From: Macrostomum lignano
Lineage: Eukaryota
Assembly: GCA_002269645.1 (NCBI GenBank)
Contig: NIVC01001143.1
Coordinates: 1 to 64,000, forward strand
Length of the DNA stretch: 64,000 nt
Reading direction: 5' to 3'
Shown: positions 62,369 through 64,000 of the stretch, piece by piece
Position numbering within the stretch: position 1 is the first letter of the stretch
Layout: every line of letters begins with the position of its first letter
Translations under genes and position numbers: made by a program
The notes under the pieces: model-generated
Databases searched by the model: none
What the model saw: the letters and a program-made list of their open reading frames with translations, nothing else
What the model was told of the DNA's origin: nothing

Positions 62369-63277
62369 CTCAAAATAGATTATTAAGAGAATTGTTACAT
62401 ATGTATTTGCTATTAACAAGTCGCATTAGCGAAAATAATGAACTTAATGAAATTATTTGGCCTATATAATTAACGAAAATAATTTGGCCTAATTTGTCTA
62501 AGCCGTAAGGCCAAAAGAGAAATGACCGGCTTTGTGGTGAAATTGGCTTTACTTTTGTCCTATGCATTCCTTTAGCGGTTGGCATTCTATGTATAGCGCT
62601 CGATATTCTCTGCCTTGCAATTATTTAAAACGCACAAATAAAAATTGCCATGAAATTTTTTTTATATGATCTAGATTTTATCTATTTTAGAATCAGAAGA
62701 CACATAGAACTTTGGTTTTTAATGTATGAATAGATAATAGAATAAAGTTAACTGACTCGACGATCGATCGACAGTGTCCGACACATAGATCTTTATTCTA
62801 AAAGAGAATAACGCTCGATATATATATTCTCTGTATTCTAATGATCTATGATCCGACATTATTAAAAACATAGAAACAACTCAGAAAAACAAATACTCAA
62901 AAATGGTGCCTTTTATAGCGTTGCTAAAAATAAATTGCTTTATTTTTCATTTTATTAGATTTACTGTCTATTTTTTTTTTGTTTCAGGAACTAAATCAAC
63001 TACATTTAGAAGTCATCTTTGCATTTTTAACAAAGAATAAAGAAGCGTGTTTTACATTGCCTAGTCAGAATTTAGTATCAGCTTAGAATGATAGATAATG
63101 GTTGAAAAATGCTAAATATTAGAAAGTATTTCTTTTCAAAAATTGAATTTTGTGTACAATGACGGCAAGTTTTGAATGACCTCGAGGAAATTGATTTAAC
63201 GTTCATTCCTATGATTCGGGTAAAGTTTTCAACAATAGATTTTTTAATATTAAACCCTAATCATATAATTTCACTAA

Positions 63278-64000
63278 ATGGAATCAAGCGGAGCATCAAA
63301 CAGTTCAAGCCCAGGAGGTACTGCACCAAATTCGTCTCCGAGCTTTACTCCACCAATTAAAAGTGAACAGCTCCCTGTTGGAAAGAAGCTGACTAAAGAT
63401 CTTGTGTTGTCGAAGTCTAAAGGAGGGAGTCTCATTGAAATTAAAAAGATCGTTGTATGGTATGTTATTTTTTGTTTCTTTGATCTTTTATAGAAACACA
63501 TAGCTTTGGTGGGGAAATTTCTCTTCCATTTGTGAATGTATACTCAACAACATTAACAAGTCGCCACCTTTGAGAGTGCGCAGCAAATTCTAGCTCAGTA
63601 TTGACTTTTGAGTGACACAACTTGCGCCACGCGAATTGGGCTAGGTGTGGAGGGATCGGGAGGAGTGGAGGGCGAAGATTGGACGGATTGAAGCTTTCGC
63701 CTGGTTTTAATTTTTTTCAAGCATTTTTTAAATATCAAAATAGTTAGGTGATGTGTAGACGCTGATCAAAGACACTGCTCACTGGGGCAAAGGTTGGCGA
63801 CTTCAATGTTCCTGAGTATATTTTAATTTAATATTAAAAAGTGAAAATTAATCAGAAATTTAATCGAAAGCTGATTTTTCTGGGTTATTCTTTAATGGAA
63901 AACCAGAAAGGTTTAACTGTAGCAGATTTTGTTTGAAAACATGCTTTTAACCTACCTGTTTTGCTATTTTAGGGGACAGAAGATCACAGACTGCAGTATT
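63278..64000 (+). CDS. 5' exons (63278-63454, 63973 onward) of an unidentified gene
   Basis: MESSGASNSSSPGG...KKIV|GTATGG (phase 0) joins ttttag|GTEDHRLQY in frame; too short to identify. Confidence 0.5.

Overview
Eukaryotic (metazoan) genomic DNA with spliceosomal introns, not prokaryotic. Short 45-110 nt introns, GC-rich exons and about 25 unrelated micro/minisatellite arrays (roughly 15 kb by eye) suggest a free-living flatworm such as Macrostomum; this is an inference. The minus strand from 35182 past position 1 carries one giant multi-exon polycystin-1/REJ-family receptor gene: signal peptide, F5/8C, C-type lectin, kringle-like, fucolectin-like, PAN-like, fibrinogen and EGF-like modules, PKD repeats and a REJ domain. 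Its introns hold a nested antisense pseudogene, a Gypsy relic split by a TIR element, a LINE fragment, two SINEs and many minisatellites. The right half has an orphan plus-strand gene (46070-47382), a two-RRM gene with no Met codon (51729-54062), a complete 4-exon Dp (E2F partner) gene (54876-57926), a 4 kb CpG-depleted block of old transposons, a hAT MITE and the start of another plus-strand gene at 63278. The best leads are: (1) a Dp-RRM tandem where the RRM start codon must come from a spliced leader or from splicing to Dp; (2) the lectin-mosaic polycystin; (3) a sharply bounded CpG-deamination scar; (4) minisatellites that inflate short introns while sparing the 3' splice region. Exon boundaries were read by eye, and repeat ends and counts are approximate.
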